A DNA stretch of 60,000 bases. Source: Chiloscyllium plagiosum (lineage: Eukaryota). A model generated the notes under the pieces. The model saw only the letters and a program-made list of their open reading frames with translations, was not told the DNA's origin and did no database searches. The position numbers and the translations under genes are program-made. This document shows, one piece after another, positions 48,561 to 60,000 of the stretch. Position 1 is the first letter of the stretch. Each line of letters starts with the position of its first letter. The stretch lies in NCBI RefSeq assembly GCF_004010195.1, contig NC_057753.1:880330-940329 (forward strand), in the 5' to 3' direction.

Positions 48561-51500
48561 GTTCGTAATGACTACAACGTGTTTATGTTCATATCAAAAT
48601 GGCTCGTGGTTAATCAAAGGAAATGAGCACTGACATTTTGGTAAAAGTGTGGGCACAAATGAATGACGTTGAAGGCCCTCAATCATTACCACGAAAATAG
48701 TTCTAATCTCTTGACTTAATGTGGCTCAATGAAACATCCCTTATCATATCCGTTCAATTGAAAGAACATTTCAATGAAGAAAGTGAAAAGTGGGATGACT
48801 TTGGTGTCAGTCGAGTCTCCTCGAAAGCTATTCAGTCCTGAAGTAATTCTCGTCTGTTGCATGTAAAGGGATTTCTAGTGAACTAATCCCGGATACTTTC
48901 ACTCTAACCATGAAATAACAGCAGATCAAAGGCTATAAAGAAGCTGCATTACATGAAATGTATCTATTCATTAATGCACGAAATCATGTCTCCATTTGCT
49001 AAATGATTGAAATTTGAATCTGTTTTCTACAGCGAAAATACCACAAGAAAATGAGAGGCAATCTTCCGTCTATTCAATACAGAATTGTCCATACAGGATG
49101 AGATCATAGCATGGGCTATGTATGTATTTGATTCTCAAGATTGCGTGATTCTGTGGGGTCTGGCTGTATTTATACGTGCAATGATGAAGGAAATGAATTA
49201 AATTTCATTATAAACGAGACTGAGAAAACAACATCATTGGGCTCACATTTGTACAGGGCATTAAAATAGAAGTGAGCATTGATTTTAATTTAGCTTTGAT
49301 ACATGGCTTTGAGGCAATATAGAACAAGTGAGATAATTTTGCTAGGATAATGGACCATGGGCTGACGACTGAGCAATGTCACAGATATTTATTCCTGCAA
49401 ATGGAGAGTGAGGGAATTGTAAGACTACTTTGGGATTGTTAGAATGCATAATGAGGGATTTGACAGTGCGGTTATTTTCAGAATGATGTTGGGAAAAGGA
49501 GAGTGAGTTGAGTTCTGGTATTATTGTTCAGGACTGAAGAAGAGCAGGATGTGTCTCAGGCTTAGTTATAATAAACTGCTACATCAAGGACGGTCCTTCC
49601 ATCAGAAGGTCAGAACTAACAATCCTTGCTTATTATTGTACAAAGTTAAGCACTAGTTGGGACTCCTCAGAACGCGAACAGTGCACAGACAATTAAAGAA
49701 AGCCCTTAACAGCATCCAGGCTTTGAACTTAAGTGACACACAACACAGGAATGAAATTATAACTCATCTTCATCAAGAAAAAATCTCATTATTGTCTCTT
49801 TACGTTGAATGTTATTAATCATTCTCAAATCTGCGGTTTCAATATCTTTGTGTTTAACAATTGCCCAAAGTTGACGGGAGCAATCGTCTAAATACTATTG
49901 CTGCCAGAACACATCTGAATTTGACAATTTAACATTGCATAATTGAACTTATGCTTCCAGGATGATTTTTCCTGCAATTGTACATCAGACATTCGAAGTG
50001 TGATGAACGTTTTTTTCCATTGGCTCGGATGAGTGCAGCTTCGTCAGCATGACAGAAACCGACACCTGCCAAATAAAGCATGGCCATTTGATTGACAACC
50101 CATCAAGCACCTTCAACAAGCACGGCAGTCGCACAGCCCGACAGTTCCAATAGTGTGTAACATGAACAAAATTCACCTCCAACAACTTCTTATGACATTA
50201 ATTTCCGAACTGAAATACTGAAACCCCGACAATGGCAAGGGAAACGGACGCATAATAACATTGCCACACGCAAATTCTCTTCGAAACTGCACACAGACAT
50301 GTCATAGCTCTCTCTCATCTCTCCTTTGAAAGTTGCTGTTTGAAAATCCTGGTATCACTTCCAACAATGCCTGTCGCTATCTTCACAGAACCGATGAAAT
50401 TCAACAAGGCAGCATTTGGCCACTTCCTCCACGTAAATATTGAACAGGGAATACATCAATATATTGATGGCCAACGGTGCCTGCATTCGATGAGGATGAA
50501 GAAGTATGATAATTATAGATATAATGCAGGGTTATAGAGGAAAGCGGATGCTTTTGATCATTTATGAGTTATTACAAGAACAGCAGAAGCACAGAGATTC
50601 ATGTGGAAAAGAGAGTGGCACATGGTTTCAAAGTGTTATTCTGGAAATATTATTAATTTTACTTTGTTGAAGGAGAATGGCAGTGAATTTGATTTGAAGT
50701 ATATGCAAGTCTGTGCGGAGAGTGCAGTGAAGTGTGATTAGATGTGAAGTTTTAGAAAGTTAATGGGTGAACAGGGTCCGAATATAATGTTTTGGGTCAC
50801 ATTATTGATAAGATTGTATACCATTTAGTTTGCTACATGGCGACAATAATTAATCTTATCTCAGTCACTTTCTTGGTTTTTCTGTAAAATGTGCAACCAT
50901 GGAAACTGTTCACCACAGCAATCAGTGGCAGGCAGCTTTCATACACAGGCTCTCTGGCTTGCTAAAAACTGTCAGTGCTTAAAAGGAAGTCATTTGTCAT
51001 TGTCTTCAAGCTCTTGACATTTAACGGTGAGCATGAACTCTGAGTAGTGGGTTCATTCTAAGCTTAACTGCAGATTGTTTAACGCTTGTGTGGAATATTC
51101 ATTTCTATAGAGTTTACCACCTGCTTAATGTTTGCATGTGGTGCCTTGACTTTTGTCTTTAGCTTCCGTAAGTCATTCTATCAGGTTTAATTAGTCTTGG
51201 TTGAGATCTAATCTGAAGGAAATGAATGCAAATTAGTCATTCCGAAAACGACTTAGTGCTCGTTGATGTCCCTGTATAATATTATGTCAGTCATCATATC
51301 GTCAATAACGTTTTATAGATAAGACAACATGTTAATCAACCTGCTGGACATGTTTAGACACACGTTTGGGGCAGGTGATTCTTGACTCTTCAACGTCAGT
51401 ACTATGCTTCATATGATTTTACAGTGACGACACAAAGAACGAGCGGTCTGTCATTGGATTCTACTCATAGCTGCCAAATAATTTTCCAGGCAGTGCCTCA

Positions 51501-51986
51501 AAATGATTTTGTTCTTTTCTTTCCTTTAAATAATAATGACCCTTTCTTACTAAGATGTGATTGTTTACTCTACAATCTTCAAATTAGCAAAACATTAGTA
51601 ATAATGAGAAAATTTAGCTATCTATCTTTAGAGAGAACAGATAGAATATCACAGATCACATGGAGACACTTAACTGGAGCTCGATCCCCAAAGCAATACA
51701 TTATTATGCAAAATAGGACTCTGTTTCATTGACTACCCTACATCCCAGAGGAAGATAATTCAGTGTTTGAATTAATTTCTGTTCGCTTCTAAATTCAGTT
51801 TCCAATGAATTTGAGCGTTGCACATGGCCAAATGGAAGGATTTAGAATAACATAACGTAGTACAGAACAAAACATTAGAAAAGGATATTGATTTATATCT
51901 GATGCCTACACTGCCATTGAAATTAATTCTGATCATTCTACACACTATCTTATGTGACGGACTGAACAGGCTTTCATTGAACTCAC

Positions 51987-52129
51987 TGAAATCGACACTT
52001 TTTTCTTGAAGTCTGTTATTACAAAAGTCTGATGAGAGACAATTGAAAATGGATAACGCTCGTTTACATAAACATGTTTACTGATTTCATTGCCCCGTTT
52101 GCCAGCTGCAATGTTGCACAAATATTTGC
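51987..52129 (-). pseudogene. Disabled paralog of the candidate exon at 8143-8293
   Basis: Same acceptor and donor, ATG again 54 nt into the exon, but TAA at codon 4 and indels. Confidence 0.35.
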
Positions 52130-53699
52130 CTGCGAAATGAAAAGAACAACAGAAATGTACTCAAAACGTCCACTTGTGGCATTTTCACCGCTCCAGCATA
52201 TCACTTCTTACGGGTTTATATTCACTTAAATACAAAACAAAGTTATGCAAGATGTGATCAATCACAGATTTAACTGTGAATATGTGCTGCAGTCTGATGA
52301 TTTACATGTCGCAATCTCCTGTACTCCGCCAAACATTATTTGAACATAACACCCAATATCTGAAAGATAGTTCTATCTGAATATCCAAAACGAATAGTAA
52401 AAATCATGAGTATTCTGAGTCCATTTGTACCTACTTTTACAGCCTTCTTGACTCAACATTCAGTTTCACACCTTCAGATGATGAACAATGTCATTAATTT
52501 AGAAATTTACTTTTCCTCAGAATTTTTGCTTTATATTCTTCAGTGTTATTTAAGTCATTTCGAACTGAACCTTATAGTGCCATTTTCATTTCCTATAGAC
52601 CAATGTTATATCTCATTTACACAAAAATCCGTACACGTTTAATTTTTTTCTCATACCACGTAGTAATCTTCAATCACCTCGGCCTTGAATACTTTGCTGG
52701 AGCTTCCGTTTTGTTCATCTCGTGTTCCCGTTGGGCACTTTGCAGACTCCAAGAATCGATGCTGGATTCCGTAGCCCCAGAGCCGATCGCATGATACCTG
52801 TTTTCAATTTCTATCATGTTATTTGCCTGCCCTCTCACCGAGACGTTGACTTATTTGTCTTTTGTTTACTTTTCTCTCGTGTGTACCGGTACACATCGAA
52901 GAACGCCCATTATACATTTTTATTTCTCTTTCACAATAATTAGCAAGTCGTTTGGTTTTGTACTAGGCCTCCATATTACCTGTTCTCTTCGCACCTTCTC
53001 CATCTCTGTCAGAAGGGTTAAATAAAAATTCCTTTCAATACTTTAATTCTGACGAACAATCAGACTGAACTTGAAATATTAACTTTGTTTTTTTCTCCAC
53101 AGATGTTGCTAGAAATGCTGAGTTTAATCCATCAAGTGCCTCAGTTATTTCGTAACGCTTCTCGGTCAGTCAGTTCATCTTTCCAATATACTTCATGACC
53201 AATGGTAAGTGTGGGAGAATTTCCTAATCCGGCACCCTGGAGTACCCAATGACAAACGCACACAGCACCCTTTGTAGCAGCCTGGATCAATCCATGTAAG
53301 GATTTACAAAGCTGATGGAGAATGGTGAATCCTCTCTGCGATTCCATTGCAGTTACACATATTGACAGTGTTCGGAAGCATCCCAGAGTACATTGAGGTA
53401 TAGTAGTATTGAATCTTCTTGCACAGAATGCATTCAAATGTTCAACGACAGTCAGTTGAGCAAAAGGTCCCCTTTTATTCCAGTTTCCTTTTTTTCTAAG
53501 TAAGATGAACGATAAGCCTTTTTTTCGAATTTGCATCTGTTCCCAGATTATTCCGTGGACATGGAGAATAACACAAATCCTCAGCAGACGATGAAAATCT
53601 CGGTGTGATTGTCTGTATTAATAAAACTGCCTATATTATTTGAAGCTGAAAATATTTATGGGTGCATTCAGCGCAAGAGTCCTGAGCAAAACTTGCTAA

Positions 53700-54045
53700 A
53701 CAAACGGATGAATTGAAATTTTTGACAAGATTTGTTGCTCATGTTGTGGAGAAGGTTGGCCGTTTGCTCGCTGCGCTGGTTGCTTTGTTTTCAGATGTTT
53801 CGTTACCATACTAGCTAACATCATCAGTGAACCTCCGGTGAAGCGTTGCTGTTCTGTGCCGCTTGCTACTGACGTGTCTTGGTTTGTTGCAGTGGACGGT
53901 ATCATTTTCGGTTCAGCTTCTGAGAGGTTGGTAGCTAGAGTCCTAATCTATATTGTTGTTATCGGAGTGCTGTCTTGAATGACCGGCTTCTCGGAATTCC
54001 CACAAGTTTGTTTGGACTGGCACAGGATGCATGTATTTCCCGAGT
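53700..54045 (-). mobile_element. Penelope-like 3' end of a third family
   Basis: REFREAGHSRQHSDNNNIDx-like GIY-YIG tail followed by a terminal repeat with hammerhead; absent from copy A. Confidence 0.8.
53790..53831 (-). ncRNA. Minimal type I hammerhead ribozyme motif with intact core
   Basis: UUCA-CUGAUGA-U-GUUAGC-UAGUAU-GGUAAC-GAAA-CA-UC-UGAA: 4-bp stem I, stem II 5 of 6 pairs, vestigial stem III. Confidence 0.75.
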
Positions 54046-54609
54046 CGAAATGGATAGATCGACAGACAGACAGATCGACAGATAGAGATATCGACAGGCA
54101 GAGGATTTGATTATTTTCCTGTGACAGGTGTTAAACTAAGGGATCCACAGCTATTTGGTTTGTACTCCTGATCATTTGTCAACATGTGAACCTTATCAGG
54201 GGACATTCCATAATGCAGGAAATAATATAGATTGAAAAGCATCACAGAGCAAGATGTTCATCTTGCTAAAGAGTTTTGGCTGCCGCATGTTATTCCATTT
54301 TTGAGATGTTTGAATTTCCGCTAAATCTGTATGCAAAACGATAAATGCACAATTGAAAAATAATGTGCTGGTGGATAAAATAAATAGCATCCAAGGAGAA
54401 AAGGTGCTTTTAAAATGCCATCTTTGAAATTTATGCAGAAATGTGGAAATTAGTCAGTGATTGCCACGTGTGGGAGTACCAATAGAGTGCCAATTCGAAT
54501 GTCAATATATTTGAACGCTTGGTGTGTACAGAGTTCGACGGGAAGTCAGGAGTCAGTATACAGAGATACTCTGATTTACACTTGATTATTGTACACTTAC
54601 ATGAGTTGA

Positions 54610-54611
54610 TG

Positions 54612-54695
<84 letters not shown>

Positions 54696-55280
54696 NNNNN
54701 NNNNNNNNNNNNNNNNNNNNNNNNNNNNNNNNNNNNNNNNNNNNNNNNNNNNNNNNNNNNNNNNNNNNNNNNNNNNNNNNNNNNNNNNNNNNNNNNNNNN
54801 NNNNNNNNNNNNNNNNNNNNNNNNNNNNNNNNNNNNNNNNNNNNNNNNNNNNNNNNNNNNNNNNNNNNNNNNNNNNNNNNNNNNNNNNNNNNNNNNNNNN
54901 NNNNNNNNNNNNNNNNNNNNNNNNNNNNNNNNNNNNNNNNNNNNNNNNNNNNNNNNNNNNNNNNNNNNNNNNNNNNNNNNNNNNNNNNNNNNNNNNNNNN
55001 NNNNNNNNNNNNNNNNNNNNNNNNNNNNNNNNNNNNNNNNNNNNNNNNNNNNNNNNNNNNNNNNNNNNNNNNNNNNNNNNNNNNNNNNNNNNNNNNNNNN
55101 NNNNNNNNNNNNNNNNNNNNNNNNNNNNNNNNNNNNNNNNNNNNNNNNNNNNNNNNNNNNNNNNNNNNNNNNNNNNNNNNNNNNNNNNNNNNNNNNNNNN
55201 NNNNNNNNNNNNNNNNNNNNNNNNNNNNNNNNNNNNNNNNNNNNTAATAGATAGGTCTGAAGTACACTTGATTGATAGAC

Positions 55281-55338
<58 letters not shown>

Positions 55339-55340
55339 AT
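54610..55340. repeat. (GATA)n microsatellite on both sides of an assembly gap (N 54696-55244)
   Basis: Direct reading. Confidence 0.95.
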
Positions 55341-55355
55341 GGATAGAAAGAAAAT

Positions 55356-55530
55356 GGGTGGCACGGTAGCTCAGTGGTTAGCACTCCTGTCTCATGGCGC
55401 CAGGGAACTTGTGTACAATTTCTGCCTCGGGCGTCTGTCTGTGTAGAATTTGCACATTCTCACCCCATGTACGCATGGGTTTCCTCCAGGTGCTCCGGTT
55501 TTCTCCCACAGTCCAAAGATGTTCAGGCTA
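55356..55530 (+). mobile_element. HE1-type V-SINE 5' part (tRNA-derived head and core)
   Basis: GGCACGGTAGCTCAGTGGTTAGCAC A-box; GGGTTTCCTCCAGGTGCTCCGGTTTTCTCCCACAGTCCAAAGATG. Confidence 0.9.
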
Positions 55531-55534
55531 TATG

Positions 55535-57162
55535 TTAGAGAAGTTAAAGCGGATGACCTCAAATGTCGTGATCTCCGGATTACTACCTGTGCCACGTTCT
55601 GAATCTTGAGATTAGAGATAGAAGGTGATTAGTCAAGATCACGTTGACTTAAGTAGAGAAGATGTGTTGGGTAGTCTAGAGGTTATTAAGGTGGACAAAT
55701 CCCCAGGACCAGCTGGAATCTATCCCAGGTTGCTGCGGGAGGCGAGAGAGGAAATAGCTGGGGCCCTGACAGATATATTTGTGGTATCCTTAAATACAGG
55801 TGAGGTGCTGGAGGACTGGAAATTTGCTCATGTTGTTCCTGTACAAGAAGGGTAGTAGGGATATTCTGGGCAACTACAGACCCATGAGCCTGACGTTAGT
55901 GTAGGGAAGTGGCTGGAGAGGGTACTGAAGATTTATCTAGAGTTAGAAAAGAAAAGGCTTATCAGTGAGAAGCAACATGGTTTTGTGCGGGGGAGATCAT
56001 GCCTTACCAACTTAATAGAGTTCTTCGAGGAAGTGACCAAGTTGATAGATGAAGGAAGGAGTGTTGATGTCATACACATGGACTTTAGTCGACTAATGGA
56101 GAAAGTGAAGTCACATGGTGTGCAGGGAGTTCTAGTCAAGTGGATAAAGGACTGGTTGAGCAACAGGAGACAGAGTAGTAGTTAAAGGGCATTTCTCAAA
56201 ATGGAGAAAAGTGAGCAGTGGTGTTCCACAGGGGTCAGTGTTGGGGATTGGTGGAGTAGCAGAAAACATAACAGACTGTCAGAGAACACAGGAGGATATA
56301 GAAAGACTGGAGATTTTGGCGGAAAAGTGGCAGATGGTTTTGAATCCAGACAAATGTGAGGTGACGCATTTAGGAAAGACTAATTCTCGACCGAATTATA
56401 CAATGAATGGAAGAGTCATGGGAAACGTTGATGGGCAGAGAGATCTGGGAGTGCAGGGCCACTGTACGCTAAAGGTTGCTGCACAGGTGGATAGAATGGT
56501 CAGGAAGGCATATAGTATGCTTGCCTTCATTTGACGAGGTATTGAGTATAAGAGCTGGCAAGTCATTTTAAAATTGTACAAGATATTGGTTCCACCGCTT
56601 TTAGAATACTGTGTACATTTCTGGCCGCCACATTACCAAAAGGATGTGGACGCTTTGGAGAGGGTTGGAGAGGGTGCAGAGAAGGTTTACGAGGATGTTG
56701 CCTGGTATGGAAGGTAATAGCTATGAAGAAAGATTGAGTATTTTAGGTTTATTTTCATTAGCGAGAAAGAGATTGAGGGGGTACCTGTTTGAGGCTTGCA
56801 AAATCATGATGGTTATAGACAGCCTGGAGAGAGACAAGCTTTTACCCGGGGTGAAAGATTCAATACGCGACGTCACGCTTTCAAGATGAGAGGTGGAAGG
56901 CTGAAGAGGAATACACGTGACAAGTATTTCACACAGAAGGTGTTGGGCGTTTGGAAGGCATTGCCAGCAGAGGTGGTAGAGGCAGGCACGGTAAATTCAT
57001 TTAAGATGCGTCTGGATAGATACATGAGTATGTGGGGAGCAGAGGGATATAGATGCTTATGAATTGGCCGACATATTTATACAGTTCATTTGGATCAGCT
57101 CAGGCTTGGAGGGCAGAACGGTGTGTTTCTGGGCTGTAAATTTTCTTTGTCCTATGTTCTAA
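55535..57162 (+). mobile_element. Internally deleted CR1 LINE (short ORF1 piece, RT, 3' UTR)
   Basis: VVISGLLPVPR joined to DKSPGPAGIYPRLL, SCLTNLIEFFEEV, GVPQGSVLG, YEERL. Confidence 0.92.
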
Positions 57163-57180
57163 AAGCAAAATGGTACGAAT

Positions 57181-57540
57181 AGAAAATACAGGAGAAACAG
57201 AACAGGTTTTCGATAATTTGTGGAGAGAAACTGACTTAAAGTTTTTGAGGCCAATATCACTCATCTCCAAAACCTCTTCTGAAGAAGAAGAGTCATATTT
57301 TCTTGTTGAAGAAAGTCTCCTTTTCGTTTTCCATCTTTTGCCTTGAAACTGGAAGTCTGAAACAAATACAGAAAATACAGGAGAAACAGAACAGGTTTTC
57401 GATAATTTGTGGAGAGAAACTGACTTAAAGATTTTGAGGCCAATATCACTCATCTCCAAAACGTCTTCTGAAGAAGAAGAGTCATATTTTCTTGTTGAAG
57501 AAAGTCTCCTTTTCGCTTTCCATCTTTTGCCTTGAAACTG
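57181..57540. repeat. Recent tandem duplication, period 189 bp
   Basis: 57181-57351 and 57370-57540 differ at about 3 positions. Confidence 0.95.
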
Positions 57541-57900
57541 TACCACCCGTTTATTGCCTCTTCTACTAATGGAAATACTTACCTTGAGAGCCTTTCTACA
57601 TTTGTCCTGTATAATCTTCGACAAATCAACCAAGATATTTCTCAAATATAGCTGCTCTAAGGAAAGCAACAGCATAAATTTAAACTTCTGTTGCAGGTTA
57701 CATCCATCAACTCTGTCTGCAACCTAATTAATCTCCTCGGCAACTTTGCTAGCGCAATCAGAATATTGCCACAACTTTGTGAATACCACTTTATGCAGAT
57801 CTCAAGGTGTGGTCTGACCAACGATTTGTACATTTCCAAAATAATCGATTCCTTGACCAACCAATGCAAATATTCATTATTCCTTCTTAACTATGTTATT
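57500..57900 (-). mobile_element. Degenerate CR1 3' end
   Basis: ILEMYKSLVRPHLEICIKW. Confidence 0.75.
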
Positions 57901-58084
57901 TACGTGCACAACAAGGTATGCCTAATTTTCCGTATTTTCTTTGGAGATAACATTCATGGCGTAATATCTTTCTTCGTTTACCATTCCCAAAGTCCCATAA
58001 CTATTCACTTTTTGCGATGGAATTCCAGTTACTGTTGGTCTGCATATGCGTCAAGTTCTTTGAAACCCTTTTACTGTTTATGAG

Positions 58085-59890
58085 TAAATTTCAGACTGTT
58101 CACCAGCATGCTCAGTTTCATAACAGTGTGAGCTGTTGATTGTGTTGGAGAATGCAAGATTTATTTTGGAGGAAGAAGTGACAGAGAACAATATTAGTAG
58201 AAAAATGGTACCGGGAAAACTGAAGGGATTGAAGATGGATAAATCCCCTTGTCTTGATAATCCACAATCCAGATTTCTGTAGGAAGTGGCTCGAGAAATA
58301 CCGGATGCATCGGTGTTAACCTTCCAGGATTCTATCGACTCTGGTACAGTCACTGCAGATCCGAGGTGAGTTAATGTCACTCCAATATTCAACAAGCCAG
58401 GTAGAGAGGAAACGGGGAATTACTGATGAATATGCATAAAATCAGTCGTGAGGAAAATTCTCAATTCGATCACCAAGAACTTGACACTGGGGCTTTTCGA
58501 GAGCAATGGCATGTTGAGACAGTATAAGCACATAGTTATGAAGGGGAAATCCTGTTTGAGAAATCTGTTGGAATTTTATGAATTTGTAACTGGCAGAGTT
58601 GACAGGTTGGAGGTGGATTACAATTGATGTGGTATATGTGAACGTTCAGAAAGCATTTGACAATGTCCTACTTAGGAAATTATTGTACTAGATTGAAATG
58701 AATTAGATTAGGGAAAATGCACTGATGTGGATAAATCTGACTGACAGAGATAAAAAAAAAGTTGAATTATTTCGTTCGTTTTAATATGTGGACCGTTGCT
58801 TGGTCGCCAGCTATTCACAAAATATGTTCATAATTTCGATGATGGAACAAAATGTAACTTGGAAATGTTTGTAGATGATACCAAGTTGAGTAGAAGGATG
58901 ACTTCTGACAAGGCTGCATAGATCCACCAGCATGATCTGGACAGGTTGGGTGAGTTGAAAAATCAATGGTATATGCAGTATAATTTAAATAAATGTGAGG
59001 GTATTCACTTTGGAAGCACAAAGAAAAAGGCACGTTATTATCTGAATGGCTGCAAATTGGGAGACTCCTCGGATGCTGCTGTGCTTTTCCAGCAGCACTT
59101 TGATCTGGATTCTCATCTCTAGCATCTGCAGTATACACTTTTGCCTTGTAAATTGGGAGAGGTGAGTGTGCATCAGGAGCTGCGTTTCCTTGTTTACCTG
59201 TCGTTGGAGGTAAGCATGCAGGTGCAGCAGGTTATAAATAAGGTATGATGGCCTGAATTATGAGCGGTTTAGACTACAGGAGTAGGGATGTGTTTTTGAA
59301 GTTACACAGGGCATTGCTGAGGCCACAGCTAGTATGTTTTGTGCAGTTTTGTTCTCCCTTTCTGAGGAAGGATAATTTTCCTCTCGAGGGAATGCAGTGA
59401 ACGTTTACCAAACTGATTTTGTGGATAGCGAGACTGACCAATGAATAGAGACTGACCAGGCTAGGATTGTTTTCGCTGGAGATCAGACAAAGGTGGGGTG
59501 GGCTGTAGAACGGGGACTCGTAACATTGTAACAGAACGAGACAGTGTAAATGAGGTGAGGATGGTCCTAATGGTGTGTGTGGCCAGAAACAGGGTTTACA
59601 TTCTTAGGATTTAGGGTGGACATGCTAGGATGGAGATGAGAAGGCATCTCTTACCCTAAAGAGTGGTGAGCCTGTGGAATTTATTATCAAACTAAGTAGT
59701 TGATGCCAAAATATTGAACGTATTGAAAGACGTCTAGATGTAGCACATGGGACAATCGGGATCAAAGTTTATGGGGTAAAGCAGGATTAGGCAATTGAAT
59801 TTGAAGATCAGCCGTGATCTTGATGAACAGTGGAGTAGTTTCAAAGGTCCGAATGGACTCTTTATCTTCTTATTTTTAATATTTCCATGC
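58085..59890 (+). mobile_element. Decayed CR1 RT and 3' UTR
   Basis: DKSPCLD, KGKSCLRNLLEFY, QKAFD, FVDDTK, LLRPQL. Confidence 0.9.
59065..59149 (+). mobile_element. Short Penelope-end insertion in CR1
   Basis: 11-bp TSD AAATTGGGAGA at 59054-59064 and 59150-59160. Confidence 0.8.
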
Positions 59891-60000
59891 TCACTAAATT
59901 TAAAAACAAATAATTAATGTACACTAACCACATCACAGACCCCAGCATTGTGAAACCTCAATGGAAACAGATCTCGAGTCAGAAAAGGATCCTGCTTCCC

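Larger units (their letters stand above)
44420..54420 (+). repeat. Segmental duplication, copy B (paralog at ~3470-16340)
   Basis: Colinear matches listed under copy A; lacks the ERV. Confidence 0.9.

Noticed and set aside
55356..55430. tRNA-like sequence
   Set aside because: SINE head with a degenerate B-box, followed by the V-SINE core
57100..57675. 191-aa repeat-containing ORF
   Set aside because: Product of a 189-bp duplication of repeat-derived DNA

Overview
Repeat-rich, AT-rich vertebrate DNA, almost certainly from a shark or other elasmobranch: it carries HE1-type V-SINEs, CR1 LINEs with esterase-type ORF1, and Penelope-like elements with hammerhead-bearing ends. I recognise no known host gene. 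Main contents: (1) a decayed, 5'-truncated class I (epsilon/gamma-like) endogenous retrovirus on the minus strand (~9020-14310: protease-RT-integrase-env-PPT-3'LTR); (2) many CR1, Rex1-like, Tx1-like and Penelope fragments, including fold-back Penelope-end elements and minimal hammerhead ribozyme motifs; (3) an old direct segmental duplication (~3470-16340 versus ~44420-54420). Inside the duplication three minus-strand splice sites are conserved. In copy A they define a candidate two-exon, ~84-aa ORF with a hydrophobic N-terminus, lying just downstream of the ERV LTR; copy B carries stop codons. Two assembly gaps sit at GATA microsatellites. Element boundaries were read by eye and are approximate unless a target-site duplication is quoted.
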